This document shows positions 47,922 to 61,215 of a stretch of 64,000 nucleotides of DNA, one piece after another. The DNA is taken from assembly GCA_965645245.1 (NCBI GenBank), contig OZ287068.1, positions 1,240,001 to 1,304,000 of the forward strand, given 5' to 3'. Source of the stretch: Massalongia carnosa (taxonomy: Eukaryota). Position 1 is the first letter of the stretch. Each line of letters begins with the position of its first letter. The translations under genes were made by a program, and so were the position numbers. The notes under the pieces were generated by a model, which was not told where the DNA came from, did not search any database, and was given only the letters and a program-made list of their open reading frames with translations.

Positions 47922-50900
47922 TCAAGCCCAAGGCCCAAACCCCCCGGCTCCCTTCCTGCTACGGCCCCTTGCGTATCCTCCTCCCCCAGCATCCCCTCCT
48001 CCCTCACCAACGACAAAACTCCGTAAAGTCCCTTCCCCTAAACTCCGCTGATTGCGTACCGCCATCTCCCGCATCAGCCGAGCCCGCTCCCTCTCATCTT
48101 TGGTAACGATAATACGCGGCCACTGCTCCGCTGGATGGCTCTTGGCCAGACGGTCCTTCTTCTGACGCATGTCTCCCCAGAGCTGGTGCGCTTCGTCTGT
48201 GCTGTCAGTCGTGAAGGGATGGCGGGATGAAGATCCTGGCTGTTGCTGTTGAGTATGATTCTGAGACGCTTGCAGGTTGCGGTGGAAAATGCGGGGCGAG
48301 TTGGGGCTATCCGAGCTGATAGCGTTGCTATCTTTGGCGATTTTGTCCTGGCGGTGAATGGTTGAGATGGTAGAGCCTTTCTCGTTAAGAATATCCAAGT
48401 TCTTGGAGCGCGGGTTTGAAATTCGAGTACCGGCTTGGCCAAAACGGATATTCTGATCCGAGGCCTCCATAAGCCGCAAATGAGGTGCACTGTTATCACG
48501 ATGTTGAGCTCGACGAGATAGCGGGTTCAAAGAGTACATGCTTTGGCATCCTGACATCTTAGAATGCTCACTCGAGCCCGGATTCTGATGGTGATCTGGC
48601 AACCACGCCTTGCCAGCACGCTTGGCCATGTTAGAAGTTATATTCATAGGTTTAGTATTTGCTAGCCATTCCCCTTCGTTGATGTTGCGAAGTCCCAAAA
48701 CTCCGCTTTGGCTGGAGGTGCGTGGGGTCCATGCTTGTTCAGACTCACCATCATCATCATCAAATTCATCCGGTACTTGTAGCATCCATTCCTGGGGTGT
48801 AAAATCCTTGATATCAAAAAGACCTTCACCAAAATGCTCACACAGGGTCTCGCCATCATTTGCAGTGATGGTGCTGACATCGAAGGGATCCAAGCGCTCA
48901 AGAACACGGGCTTGATATTTAAGCTCTTCCATGACGAGCTTCAGGTATTCGGGGCAGACCGAGCCGTGGCCACTGGCGCCAAATTCGCCATGCAAGGTGG
49001 AAAATGCGTGTCTAGGAGAATGATGAGTTGCTAGATGAAACACTAGCCGTTTTTGCACCCAAATCTTAGATTCTTGACCCTGAGGACCATCCTGGATTGA
49101 TGGACCCCCTTCCAGCTCCACACTGAGCACCGACTTCTTTACACAGCTTTTAGCAATGATTGAACAACGTGTTCCCGGTGGAAATAGAGAGTGTCGATAC
49201 TTAAGTTTTGCCGTCAGTACCGTAGCTGAGGAAGCCCCGAGCATCAAATCAAGCTCGTCTAAGAGGTCATACGAAGTTGGAAGGGTGTTGGATGCTTGGT
49301 TGTGGGTCAAATTGGAAGGAGACTGGATAGAGGAAGGCCCAACTCTAACTTTGATCAGCGCTGTAAGGACTTCTCCTGGGCGTAACGACGAGTAATGCTT
49401 TTTGCCTATGATCCCTTCAACACTACAGTTGATCCCTGCATGTACTTCAAGGACAAGATCAGTCAGCTGTCCGGCGATGGTAGCACGACGAGCATGCCCA
49501 ATTACCTCTCGAAGGCCGTTGAACAAGCTGTTTACATCAGTATCTTTCTTATTGCTTATGGACTGAAGCTCGTTATGATACATGGAGCGCAGTTTCCAGC
49601 CGTTGCATTCAACATTATCTTGGCCTTTCCAGGGAACAGTGCCCGAGCAAACAAGATGAATTTGCAAGCTCCTATCATGTAGCAAATAGGAAGGAAGCTC
49701 AGATGGGTTTGAGGTGAGCACGAATATGTGGCCACAAGAGGTTTGACTTCGCTTCCCAGACTGTGTAGGAGTTCTGGGTGCTATAAGAAGATCCTTCGCA
49801 TATCCCAAGGTTGCCTTGAGCATTCCTCGGACAGGTGATTCAGTCGAGCAAACAATACTATCAATAGCAGGTTTGACTCGACGTAGATTGACTGCACTCA
49901 GAGGGAGGATTATGCGTGAATCAGAGTCATCCATAGCTAAAGGCGGTTCGGGTGACGTGCATAAAACGGCCAATTTATCTTCTGGCATATCTAGCAGCGA
50001 GGCTAGGTGTCTTGTTGTCTCACAGCTAGCTATGAGAGCCGCCGGGGATGTAAATAGTCTAGTATAGCAGTTTAGTGATAAGAATGAATTTAGCTTGATA
50101 GGAAGACCTACGAGTTGTCGATGATAACAACAACCGTAAGCCCATAAGGTTGTTCTGAATAGCAGCTTCCATCTTGAGGCTGACTAAGAATTCCCTTGAT
50201 CTCAACTGCAACGAATATGCTCTGTCCGTCATCTGAATCCAAGGCGGCGATCTCGGACACAGCGTGGATTTCCGCACCAGGTATATCGGCATAGCGAGGT
50301 GCACAAGTCGTTCCTTGTAGCTCGGCTCCCCCAAGCGTTGTAGCCATTGATGAGAAAGTTTCAGGGGATGTAAGGGTGTTAGTAGGAGGGGATGGAAACG
50401 CTGTAAGTGTACGGTCAAGTTCACTGCCAAAAAACGAGGTTGCATTCATACTTGACTGGAAACTGATGGCCGACGTGGAGCTGGTTCTAGGACGAGGTGT
50501 ATTTTGACGCTGTAGCTCAGTCAGTGACTTGTTGCTCGTAGCTTGAGGCCCATCCGTTGAAGCTTGTGGTTCACTGATTGAAGGGCGCGGTGCGTCAACT
50601 GAAGCTCTTCGTGTGTCGAGTAAGTAATCTCGTTCAGTTACTGCCTGGTCAGAGCTTTGTTTGGAAGATTTCACACCCATCATGCGTGACAGAAGGCCTC
50701 GTTTGGATGATGATCGTCGGGGAACTAGGTGTTCCAAGGGCCTGCATGTCTGCTCACTTCCAGTGTAATTACTGGTTGATCCTCCTGTTGTTGCTGCTCT
50801 CGGTCGAGATCTAATGACAAGAGGATCTGGCGCTAGAGAAATCAAAGGTCTACTGCTCAACCACTTCGGCGGTCGTGATTGGTTGGTGTTGCCTGTAGTA

Positions 50901-51049
50901 ACAGATCTATCACAGCGTGGAAGGTCCATACTAAAACTCACTCTCTTAGGAGCTGCCAAGGCTCGTTGTTTGATAACTCGCAACGGTGCTGGTTTATCAG
51001 CGTCTTCTGGTGTTCGGCGACCTACTAGATCGGAGCTGTCTTTACTCAT
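47922..51049 (-). CDS. uncharacterised large fungal protein with a vWA-like central domain, 1 intron; start uncertain
   Basis: Two long ORFs join across an intron at VVVIIDNS|LFTSP. A Ser-rich N-terminus is followed by a vWA-like beta/alpha pattern (IFVAVEI, HIFVLT). Confidence 0.7.
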
Positions 51050-51244
51050 AACGCCGATGGACTGCCCAACAGGGCGGGAGGGGTCGTTAGGCTTCCTGGA
51101 ACAAAGTGAAGGTAAGAAACGAACCCGTGATATGAATGTATGAATGAGTGGATGGATGAATTTGATGATCTCACGGTTTGTAGTTTGTATAATTGCTAAT
51201 GTATCGTAGCTGAAACGCAAATATACTCAACTGCTAAAGCGTTC

Positions 51245-51460
51245 TCAAACAGGTCCACGTTCCAAGTCAACCGAAGGTTTGCTTTCTGACGGGTTCGAAT
51301 TCTTTCTCTTATGATGCTTGATAAATGGCCTCTTAATGCTCGTGTGCAGCTGCTGCCACCTGCCCGCACTACAGCCTGCACACTTGATCGACACAAAAAC
51401 AACTACAATGAGAATCGTAATGGGCGTTAAAATAAGCAGACCCTTAACACTATCGCCCAT
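51245..51460 (-). CDS. small single-TM ORF (71 aa) upstream of the vWA-like gene
   Basis: ATG, hydrophobic helix, basic tail and C-terminal DLERG. Confidence 0.35.
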   Translation of the reverse strand: MGDSVKGLLILTPITILIVVVFVSIKCAGCSAGRWQQLHTSIKRPFIKHHKRKNSNPSESKPSVDLERGPV

Positions 51461-51788
51461 AGAGGCTAAGGATCCAACAGCCGATGAATGGAATAACCAA
51501 TGGGCAACTTGGAGACAAAGGACAAGTAGATAAGCGGCGAAGCGGATCCAAACGACAAGTTAACAAGCAATAAAGTTCACAGGGAGTTTGACTATGTAAG
51601 CGTTAAAGTGGATGTGGGGGTCAAGTACTCAAGGGTTAAAGTGGATGGGAAAGTTGAGTAATCAATTGGCGTGTACGAGGTAAGGGTTATAGTGACTGCG
51701 GAAGTTAGGTAGGCAGATGGCAAGTTTGATATGAAAGGAGTCGAAGTAAAGCGTTCGACGAACGCCCTCTGTTAAGAGTTAGCATGGA

Positions 51789-52163
51789 TCATATTAGCTC
51801 CTCAATTGCCGGTACCTTAAAACAAATAGATATCCCGACGAGACACCAAGCAGTCGCATATACAGCGTAAAAGGTTCGTGTGATGCTGTCCCACTTGGAG
51901 ACCGCGGAAAGTAGCAAGATGCCGGCGACGATATGAGATACGAGGAGTGGTTTTCGATGTTCAGGGTATCTTCGGTAACACAATATCAAATACCAAGGGT
52001 ATGAAAAGAAACTGATAGTAGGGACTCCAGCTTTACACCCAAGTCTAGGGCTTGAATGAGGAATTCTCGTGTCTGCTGGGGGTGAATTACAAGCTTGAAG
52101 GGCCTTAATGGCGGGTTTTTGAGCTCTTCGCCGCTGTGATAGGCTCTTACTTCGTTTCGGCAT
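51789..52163 (-). CDS. hypothetical small membrane protein (~124 aa)
   Basis: ATG at 52163, basic N-terminus and 2-3 hydrophobic segments; no recognised domain. Confidence 0.3.
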   Translation of the reverse strand: MPKRSKSLSQRRRAQKPAIKALQACNSPPADTRIPHSSPRLGCKAGVPTISFFSYPWYLILCYRRYPEHRKPLLVSHIVAGILLLSAVSKWDSITRTFYAVYATAWCLVGISICFKVPAIEELI

Positions 52164-52454
52164 GAATTTTGGAATCAGAGTAATCTTTGCAGATAATTTA
52201 GAGTGAAATTGATGCTTTCTGATGTTTGAAATTGCTGAGTGGTGGTTCTCGGACGAGAAAATCATGGTTGATATAACTTATCTTAGTAACGCATCCGGAA
52301 AGAGCTACTAGCAGCTACCACTGCTAGGGAAAGAATGAACGACAGAGTAGTGGGGATGTAGCTAGAAACATTGAGATTCTGGTTGCACAGTATGGTATAA
52401 CTGCTCAGTTTGCAAATAAAGTAATAGAGACATTGCGACAAAGATAGGCTACGT

Positions 52455-53640
52455 TCATGTAGTTTCTTCAGTTACGCTCTCACTGGTGAAAAAGCATTCC
52501 TCCTTGATGGCTTTGACGAAATCATCGTTCACATCTAGAAACCGTATCTACACAATCATAATTAGTAGTAGCTGCCACAGAGGAATATACAGCATACCAA
52601 ATCATCACTCCCGCCAACATTCCCATACAAAACTGAATCTGAAATACTAGCATTTATTCCCTTTTGGACACGCTCTTCCCACACCCCATCCCAACTCCAC
52701 CCATCTAGTTGTTTTTTATGGCTCACTACGTTAACTTTGACAAAATGGCTTCTGGATTGAAGCTGGAGTGGGTTCTCCTGATTCATTTCTGGTTCTTGCA
52801 AATTACTTTTGCGATATGCCTGCCAGGCATTCCAAGCACCTGGGTTTCCAGCAGCTTCCAGAGGTAGTGCATCAAGTGTGTTCTCATCGTCAAACGCGCT
52901 TTTCAAATAGTCCAAGATCTTTATTATATTAACGCCCTTGTCGTCCAAACCAATATTTTCAGGCTCGGGAAGATGGATCCCTGGATGCCGAGATTGAGGT
53001 ACTGGAGAAAACGAGGCCGGGCCCCGCAAAGACCTATTGCTCGCCGCAAACGAATCATGATGAATACTATCTTGCGATCCACTTACGTTTCTGGACGACG
53101 CCATTGACGAGGGGGTACTTCTTGCGGCCCTCCCAAACCAATGGGGAAAGCCATATCGTAAACTAAATCCTCCTGGTGGTAATCTTTCCTCATCCGTGGC
53201 GCTTACACTTTCCGAGCTTGAGGATCCAGTTGTATAAGTGTAAGTTGTAAGGGGCGTTACAAGTGGATGAAAGATGTCGCTAACAAAGGTGATATTGGGT
53301 GGCAGCGTGGGATAGTTTGCTGGAAACGAAACTTGAAATCTCAAGATTGCATGAGCATAGGGGCCTGAGCTAGTCGCCTGAGCTCAGAATATTTGGCCAA
53401 GGACTGTGAGAAAAACCTTCACGCACGAACAGAACGCCCGACCATTGAGATGGATTGCCAGGCCTCAAGCTGATGTAGATGCCTTCGGGGCATGCAGTCC
53501 GGAGGCTTGCACTAGAATACCTCAAGTGGTGAGCTTGATCCAACTAAATTTACTATCTTGAAAGCAACTCACTATTCCAGAAGAGCTGTCCTGTGTGAAG
53601 TTCGGTGCCATTGGCGCCTGCGAAACGAATGTGAAGTCAT
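52455..53640 (-). CDS. ubiquitin-conjugating-enzyme variant, AKTIP/FTS/crossbronx-like, 3 introns
   Basis: Spliced LLE|YASLRTACPEGIY..WSGVLFVREG|PYAHAILRFQVSFPANYPTLPP..DIFHPLV; no catalytic Cys after HP. An alternative ATG lies at 53682. Confidence 0.85.
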
Positions 53641-54081
53641 TATCGAGGATGAAGCGGCTTCGCTTGCGCGTTTAGGTAGCATTAAGTCAGTATCACGTGC
53701 CTTTACCAGCCATGAGTTTGAGTTTGAGTTCAGTAAATATGCTGCGTTCAGCATACACGTGTCTATTGGAGCCTTGCAGTCTTAGCATCCCCTGAGTCAC
53801 CGACACAGACCACAGAGCAAAGCGGAGAGGGCGAAATATCAAAACGACAGTACTGTTATCAGCTGACTTAGAATTATTTTTTGGGGAAGGCAAGGGCCTT
53901 TCGGTATAAAGTTAAATACAGATCATCTCAAACCATTCAACATTCACACCACTAATGGTAGAGACATGAGGAGAGACGTTACAAAACATGCGCTGCTGTT
54001 GAAAGAGCCTAAATAGACTATGCATGACGTACAAGGACCCAGCAAAACACCACCGCTATGCATATGACCCCTCAGAAATTC

Positions 54082-55763
54082 TCATAATGCCATGACGTAA
54101 ACCATCACAATCCCCCAAAAAATCGGAAATTCAACGTGCCATTTTCCCGCCGCAAGGTCAAAGCCCTCGCTCGTTCGCGACTTCGCCTCTACTGATGCCG
54201 TGGCACTAATTTCATTGGCTGTCGCGGTGCAGCTCGACCCACAAGCGTATCCGGTTGGACAGCATCCTCCACCGTTGCTTGCTGCACACGTGAACCAGCC
54301 TTGCGCACAACTGCCTGTCCCGAGTGACTGATCTGCAAGCCCAGTTCCAGATACTGTAGGGGCGACGATCCTAACATCATTTGTGTCCGTAACAACAGTT
54401 GAAGCAATAGTTGGACACGAGGTCAAGCTACAGTCACGGCCAACACGGCAGCAACCCCCATGGTTGTAGTACGCACTGCATTGATAAAAGCCCGTGGGGC
54501 ATATATCACCTGGGAGACTTGTGGCGGCTACTGAAGTGGCTGTTGCAGCAGCGTCGGAGGTTGGGCGGACCGCAATGTTGAAACTGTTGTCAGATGTTGT
54601 AGACAGATAGGAGGGCCCCTGACCAGAAGCTGAGCATGATATAGGGCCACATGCACGGTCAGTAGGACAACAGCCACCACCGACACTTGAGGCACAAGAT
54701 CGGAAACCTGAGGAGCATGTAATCTGTGTAGGAGATAACAAAGAGGAGGTTATGAATGCTATTGATTGAGAGACTGAGGACGCTGCTGCAGAGGAAGTTA
54801 AGGAGGACAAAGCATTTGAGGTCGACGGGGATAGTGTAGGAGCAATGAAGCCGAGGCCGGAGAAGGTGCTAGTAGAAGGCAAGGCTCCAGAAACACTTGT
54901 GCTCCTCAACGGGAAGGCAGTCACGGTGGGATTGACTAACACAGTAGCTGTCGAAATGCGAGCGCCTAAAAATTCCGAGTCAGCTAGTACATCAGGTTTA
55001 ACCAACTTAAATGAAGCAGCTTACAGCCAACACCAACACATTCGTAGCCCGGAATGCAACACCCCCCTCCTGGGCTTCCGGGACAACTTCTGTATCCGTC
55101 TTGGCAACCAGGCACCTGCTGAGAGCAAGTTTGCCCTCCAGCACAGCATCCCGCGTCTCCCAGCCCAGCATTTGCAATGAGCTGACAAGATTCCCCGATC
55201 GGGCAGCAACTGTTTGGTCGGTTGATGGACGTGCAGCTTAAAGTATCGCCGGGGCACTGAAAGTCGTCGCGCTCATTCAACTGACCGAGTATAGCTCTGG
55301 GTAAGCGGCCCAATCTGGGCAGAAGGGGCCTCGGGTCAATCTGCGGATTGTGGTGAAGACTGAGAGGAGCCTGTAACGGATATAACACAGTCGCATTATT
55401 CCAGTTTTCTGGTAGATCGCTGTCCTGAGCTTCAGTAGCCAAATGTGAAGCTGGCAATCTGTTGTCTGTTGGTACATTGAGGGGTGTATGTGCCACCGCC
55501 CCATGAAATAGCCAATACTCTGGGAAGAACATCTCGCCCTCATCAGCGTTCATCTTGCGTACTCCAACTGGCTTTTGACGTCCTAGCCTTTCTCGAATTT
55601 CTAAAGTCCTCCGAACCAAGGTTTCGTCTTCCGGAAAGTATTTCATATGAGGCGGAAGGTTGTAAGGCCATTGTGCTTCCAAGGAAAGTATTCGCGTTGA
55701 CGCATTAACTATCAGGAGTAATAATGAAGTATATACCAATGAGAGAGAAGTTAACCCAAGCAT
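54082..55763 (-). CDS. secreted, probably GPI-anchored Cys-rich protein, 1 intron
   Basis: Signal peptide; repeated C..G..SC..GGCCP modules; Ser/Thr-rich linkers; hydrophobic C-terminus. Confidence 0.85.
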
Positions 55764-55935
55764 TGGACTGAATGATGAGAGTCTTGATCTTTTGGCCAAC
55801 AAGTCACTATGACGGCAAGCTAAGCTGTCGTTTTTGTGATAGTGTAAAAGAAACCTGACTCTAGTAAAAACGGGATGAAAGATAAACAAGAAGATTGGCA
55901 AGGGATGGAGAGAAGTCGTTCATCATTGCTCTGTA

Positions 55936-57246
55936 CAGTACTAGGCCAAAAGTCTGCGGCCCCACACCCCACCAACATTTCAATCATCCTATTCAATCAA
56001 CAATCAACCACGTCACGATTGCTGAAATGTCATGAAACTTTACATAATGATTACATACATACTAAACAAGAATTCCCCCAAATGTTGATTTTTAATATTT
56101 AGTATACCATAATTCCGACGCTATACACGCTTTTATCCTCCTATTCATGCTCTCTATTAACCTCCTCATCATTTTCACATCTATCAACGTCCAGGCTTCT
56201 TCTAACGCTTTCCAAAGTACCTCACGAACAGTTTCATCACTGCCGATCACCAAATCTATGTTCGGGTTGACTTGATAGACGAGCTTTTTGAGCACATACC
56301 AAACGTGCTCGATGGGATTTAAATCAGGTGAATAGGGGGGCCAATCGATGACCTCTATGCCGTTCTCATTGAACCATTCCATCACCTTTTTAGCCTTATG
56401 TATAGGTGCGTTATCCTGCATGAAAATGAGGCCCGGTTGCCAAATTCCAAGCAGATTATCGTTCAATAATTCCATATATGAGTTCGCCGAGTACCCCATC
56501 TTCTTCGCAGCAAAATCACGAGCCAATTTGTAAAGATCTGACCTGTCATCTCCCCAAAAAGCTGCCCAGACCATGACACTGACTCCTTTGCCTTTAGGGA
56601 CAGGTTGTATCATCTCTTTTTTCCATTTTTCTTTCGGCAATCTGAACACCCACTGACGCTGTTTTCCTGACCCCTTTTCCACCGAGCACTCATCTGACCA
56701 TATAGCTCTTGACCACTGCTCAAAAGTCCACTCACGCCGCAGCAAGCACCAATCCAATCGTTTCTTGGCCACCTCAGGCGTCAATAAAGGTTGTTTTTTA
56801 GCCACCCAGTTGGTTAAACCATACAGTTTGAGTGCTCGATAAATAGTCGTACGACTGCAGCCGAGCCCCACTTCTAGTTTTATTTGTGCATAAGTGATTC
56901 GTGGATTGATTCGTGCATGCTTGATGATATAACGTCGATCGCGTTCTGACAGCACTTCAGGCCGTCCAGAACATGATTTAGACACGCCGTCGTTGCGAAT
57001 TGAGTGCTTCTGAATGGTGCTCTGCACGGTCGATTTAGTGAAATTAAGAGTCTTCCCAATCTCGGTCGGTGTGTGCCCCAACGCCTGGGCCCCAACAATC
57101 ATACCACGTTGATATGGCGTCAATTCAGTGTTACGAGGCCGATTACCACTTATGGGGGTCAAAGAAGCACGAAGCATGGTGAAATGATTGAAAACGCGAA
57201 ATCACGAAAATTACGGGTTGGGCCGCAGACTTTTGGCACGGGACTG
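55936..57246 (-). mobile_element. full-length Tc1/impala-like DNA transposon (1311 bp)
   Basis: 27-bp imperfect TIRs CAGTACTAGGCCAAAAGTCTGCGGCCC and CAGTCCCGTGCCAAAAGTCTGCGGCCC (4 mismatches); TA at 55934-55935 and 57247-57248. Confidence 0.95.
56092..57177 (-). CDS. DD34E transposase, uninterrupted 361 aa
   Basis: HTH plus GRP, WSDE, QDNAPIH and SPDLNPIE with 34 residues between D and E; ends WYTKY. Confidence 0.95.
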   Translation of the reverse strand: MLRASLTPISGNRPRNTELTPYQRGMIVGAQALGHTPTEIGKTLNFTKSTVQSTIQKHSIRNDGVSKSCSGRPEVLSERDRRYIIKHARINPRITYAQIKLEVGLGCSRTTIYRALKLYGLTNWVAKKQPLLTPEVAKKRLDWCLLRREWTFEQWSRAIWSDECSVEKGSGKQRQWVFRLPKEKWKKEMIQPVPKGKGVSVMVWAAFWGDDRSDLYKLARDFAAKKMGYSANSYMELLNDNLLGIWQPGLIFMQDNAPIHKAKKVMEWFNENGIEVIDWPPYSPDLNPIEHVWYVLKKLVYQVNPNIDLVIGSDETVREVLWKALEEAWTLIDVKMMRRLIESMNRRIKACIASELWYTKY

Positions 57247-57728
57247 TATATGCTTTTCGTAACACCATCAACACGTTTCGCTTCGATGGATTCAAGTTTC
57301 CGAGAGGTTGGTGAGGCTGCAAACTCGGAGGCTGGACCCTCAGCCACCTTTCAGCCCTACAGAGTATTAACCAGGCGATCAGATTGGACGGTACGGAGTA
57401 CTCCGTACAGAGTACTTTGCTTTGCTAAGTATTGGAGTTATCTGGCATTGAACAAACGCCCTCACGTTTTTGGTTGGATCATCCCTTATCAATGTGACTG
57501 TAGCATACTACGGCGGCGTTTGCTGAGTACCTCGACAAACACACAGCAACATTATAGTTGTAAATGAGCATCAGACTTTACAGTTTGAGAATGCAGAGCT
57601 TTCAAACGCCATGCGCCATCGCTCAAATCTGGCTAAGTGAGGGCTTGAAGACCTACTGAACGAATATTAGACTGGAAGTATAAAATGAAATAAATTACCC
57701 AAAGTAAAACAAAGTATATGGACCACAA

Positions 57729-60700
57729 TCAGCTGGTAAAGATTGCCGGAAGCCACGACGAAGTTCGTGAACGTGAGCCTATTGAGCTTGATCAGCTTAA
57801 ACCTCATTAAGCTGGCTTGTGAACACATACTAGTATCCTGGGGGACTTTCCCCTCCCTGTTCAGGTGGTCGGATGCCTCAGCATTCACTGACTCCTGGGC
57901 TTTTGGAGCTTCATCCTTTAAGGTAGAGACATCCACCTGCTCAATCGCTGATGGCGTAGTCTCTATTTCTTTACCCTTATTGGATGAGTTGTCCTGCTGT
58001 TTTTCCCAGGCTTCACGCCTGTTCTTTTCGTCCTTCGCCTTTCGCAGTCTCTCTGCTTCTTCTACACCTCCACTTTTTTTCAATCTCCCTTCCTCCACGA
58101 AGGATCCGAGCTCTTTGGTGAACTCTCCCTCACGACGGCTTTCTAATTCTTTCTGTCTAGCTTTCTCAGCACGCTCAATTGCTTCGAGCCTCGTCTCATG
58201 ATTTGGCCGTAAAGCTCTGACTTCTCCCAGCACGCCATCTTTCGCCTTTACTGGATCAATGTCGTGATCCACAGCTACAGCCGTCAAACCTTTTGACGTG
58301 GCACGTAAAATTGTGTTGCCACTCTGGCTTGATTGGAGGTTCTGTTGTTTTGTGGCTTGTTCAACAAGTGCGAAGGTCTGCGTAGCTTTCTCCAAGTCAT
58401 CTTCAAGATCTGCTGCTAACTCTTCTTGCATGGTTAGTAGATCTCTATCACTGCACACAACCTCAAGTTCCTTCTCCCATATCTTTGTCCAAAGCGGTCG
58501 CTCCCGCTTCAAGTATTCCTGCATCTTCTTCAACTCAGTTGTCGCACTGCTAATACTTTTGCTGACAGTTTCTAATTGGCGAGGGAGAGGCCGCACGCCT
58601 CGTGAAACGACGTCTTTGCGAAGATCTTCGACGATATCTTGGAGATCATCAACTCGGTTCACAATCCTTTCAGATTCCTCGCCTAAGAGTTTTTTGCCGG
58701 AGTTCACGTGGGAGCGGCCAGCGGAACTGTCCAATACAGAGACCGCGGCATCAAGAGCCATCGCTTTTATGGACGATGCTTTTGAATTAATAGTGGTTAT
58801 TGAAGAACTCAGATCGGAAACAACGGAGGAAAATGTTTGCCGGACTACCGCTAGATCTTGTCGTAGAGACTGAACACTGGCGAGTTGATTTGACTTATCT
58901 TTTGCGAGGGTGCTTGAACGTATGCCGTTTATCTTAGGCTTGTCAAATGAAGCGATGCGAGGAGCCACGATCTTGGGAGCAGTAGCTAAACTGTTCATCT
59001 CCTTCGTGATATTCTGCTGGTGATTCGAGACTTGCTTGATAACATTCTGTTGCCCGTCAACTACAGTGCGAACTCCTTCTACCATGCGGCGTAGACCCCC
59101 AAATCCTTCGTCAATGTGTTTTTTTACTTCGTCTAATACTTCTACATTCAAGACAAGAACGGAGCGGTCTTTTACATCGCTAAGATCTTCTAACTCATGC
59201 CGGACTCCTGAAACTGGGTCTTGTATGTAAATCTCTGGCAAATCATGACCATCGTTGTGAGTGCTCCAAGCAAACTTCTCAATGAAGGCAAGCTGTAATC
59301 TGGCGATAGAGAGGTCAGTTGCACCTCCTGGAAGTACAGATTTCTTGATTTTCGACTTATATTGTAGAAATAGAGTCAGTTCTTTATTAGGTTGAGGAGA
59401 CTGTTCTGGTATGAACTGTTGTGTCTGCGTAAGATCGGTACTAGTCTGCCGATGCATTTCGCTTGTGAATACAGACTCATCTGGCCGATTAAGATCATCT
59501 TCCCCCAGCCGTTGCTGGGAAGTATTCGCTCTAACGGACTCATCCATACTGTATGCTGTTATGGCCTGAATATTATTCGGAGAACGTTCTGCTATGATTT
59601 GCTCGTGGTTTGGGTAATAAGCATCTAAACCAGGGTCATTCTTCCTAAGCTTGTCTTCAGGGGTTTTGACGATGGGGCTTTGATCAACTGATAAATCTGT
59701 TGGAGGTTTGAAATCAGGTATATCGATGCTGTGGTTGCTCTCTTCAGATATGCGTTGGGCAAAAGTATTGTTCCTAGCGGATGCTGGGTCCCCGCCCTGG
59801 TTGTTGGATCGTTGTCGGGTGTGCAAACCAGAACCTCGGACTCGCACGGCATTCATCGATTCTCGCAAATCCCTACCTCTATTTGGGATGGGCGAATTTT
59901 GGGCTGGCGGGAGCATTGAGACGCCGTTTGGTGATGCGCCAAGATGCTTTGATATTTGGTATGCTGAATATCTCCTAGATGCACGTCTCTCAAGATCCCC
60001 ACCTCTCTGTAGTTCCGCAAGGGCATCCTGCGGTTTTGGGGGAGGTGGTGGCGGTGGCTGAGGATAAACTGCATTACTCTTCTGAGAGGACGCTAGTTCT
60101 ACAGGTGCCCGTTCTAGCTCGCTTTGCAGCGATTGTACCGGACTTGCTTGCGTAGTAACAGCAGAGAGTGTGGAATCAGATGGTAAAATCGGAAACCCTC
60201 TTTGGTTTTCTCGATTAAGATTGCGACTGCTTGCGTCTGATGGCACACTGCCACTGTTCTGACGCCCGGGATTGGTTGACCAAAATCGAGGAGCGACTCC
60301 ATGTTCATCGTCCGTAGGTGCATCACCATGAGTATTGTCCCCAACCAGCGTGCTTCCTCCACTCCCTGTGCGTCGGGCTGCCCCACTGCTACCAGACCTT
60401 CTTGACGGAACGTTCTCGAGCATCTGGTTTAGGCCATTGCTTAAGCTTGCCGAGCTTCCGCCAGAAGCAAGGCTGCTAGCACTTGATGAGCTATCTTTGA
60501 CCTGTTTTGATCTTAGTTTTTGTTGCTTCTTCTTGAGGCCATGGAGTAGGGTGATGATGATATCCCGTATCTTTGGTAGAAACTTGTCTAAGCTTGCAGA
60601 GCTAGCTTCTTGACTAAGCGTCTCTTCTAATATTGAGCGCAATAGTTCGGGTACCGGTCCAAGATCAGATGTGTCGACGCCAATGCTAGTGAAGGCTCTA

Positions 60701-61095
60701 CACGCAATGTTGAACTCATAACCCAGTCGCACGTAAACATCCGAAACCTCGCCTTCTGTCGCAGTATGCCGTGACCATTGTGTGAGGGTTTCTAGTAATT
60801 GCTTGGTGGCTATCAGAAGATGTGTCACGCTCTTCTCGATTTGTGACAGCTGTGGGTTTGGCTGAATGACAAAAACCTAATCAGTATCATGAACATGGCC
60901 ATCAATTACACCGGTGAAATTACGAACATTTTGCTTTCGATAGGTTGATGACCTGGTGGAGCCAGAGGAGCTTCGAGGACCTGGAGTAGCCTGGGAGGGA
61001 CTGGCATTCAGTGCCGCTGATTGTGGGGGCATAGAAGTATCGACAGCTGGCGATCTCCGTTGGGTCGAACGCTGAGAATTGGAAATGGCTTGCAT
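57729..61095 (-). CDS. BUD6: Bud6/Aip3 actin-interacting polarisome protein, probably 2 introns
   Basis: IEKSVTHLLIATKQLLETLTQWSR, LFLQYKSKIKK, LEDLSDVKDRSVLVLN, EDLRKDVVSRGVRP and WTKIWEKEL motifs. The 3' end assumes an intron near 57830-57780; unspliced, the ORF ends at 57667. Confidence 0.92.
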
Positions 61096-61215
61096 GGCTT
61101 TCCTATGTAAGTCTTGCAAAACTATCACACCAAGCGTGGCTTTGATGATCAGATGATTGAGGTACGCTATATGGTCCGTACCACTCTCTAGAATCTTTAA
61201 TGGACTCAATTCGAG

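Noticed and set aside
57667..57830. Hydrophobic C-terminal tail on the BUD6 ORF
   Set aside because: Probably read-through of an intron (GTATGT..CTGAT..TAG); splicing gives a short tail ending at 57729.
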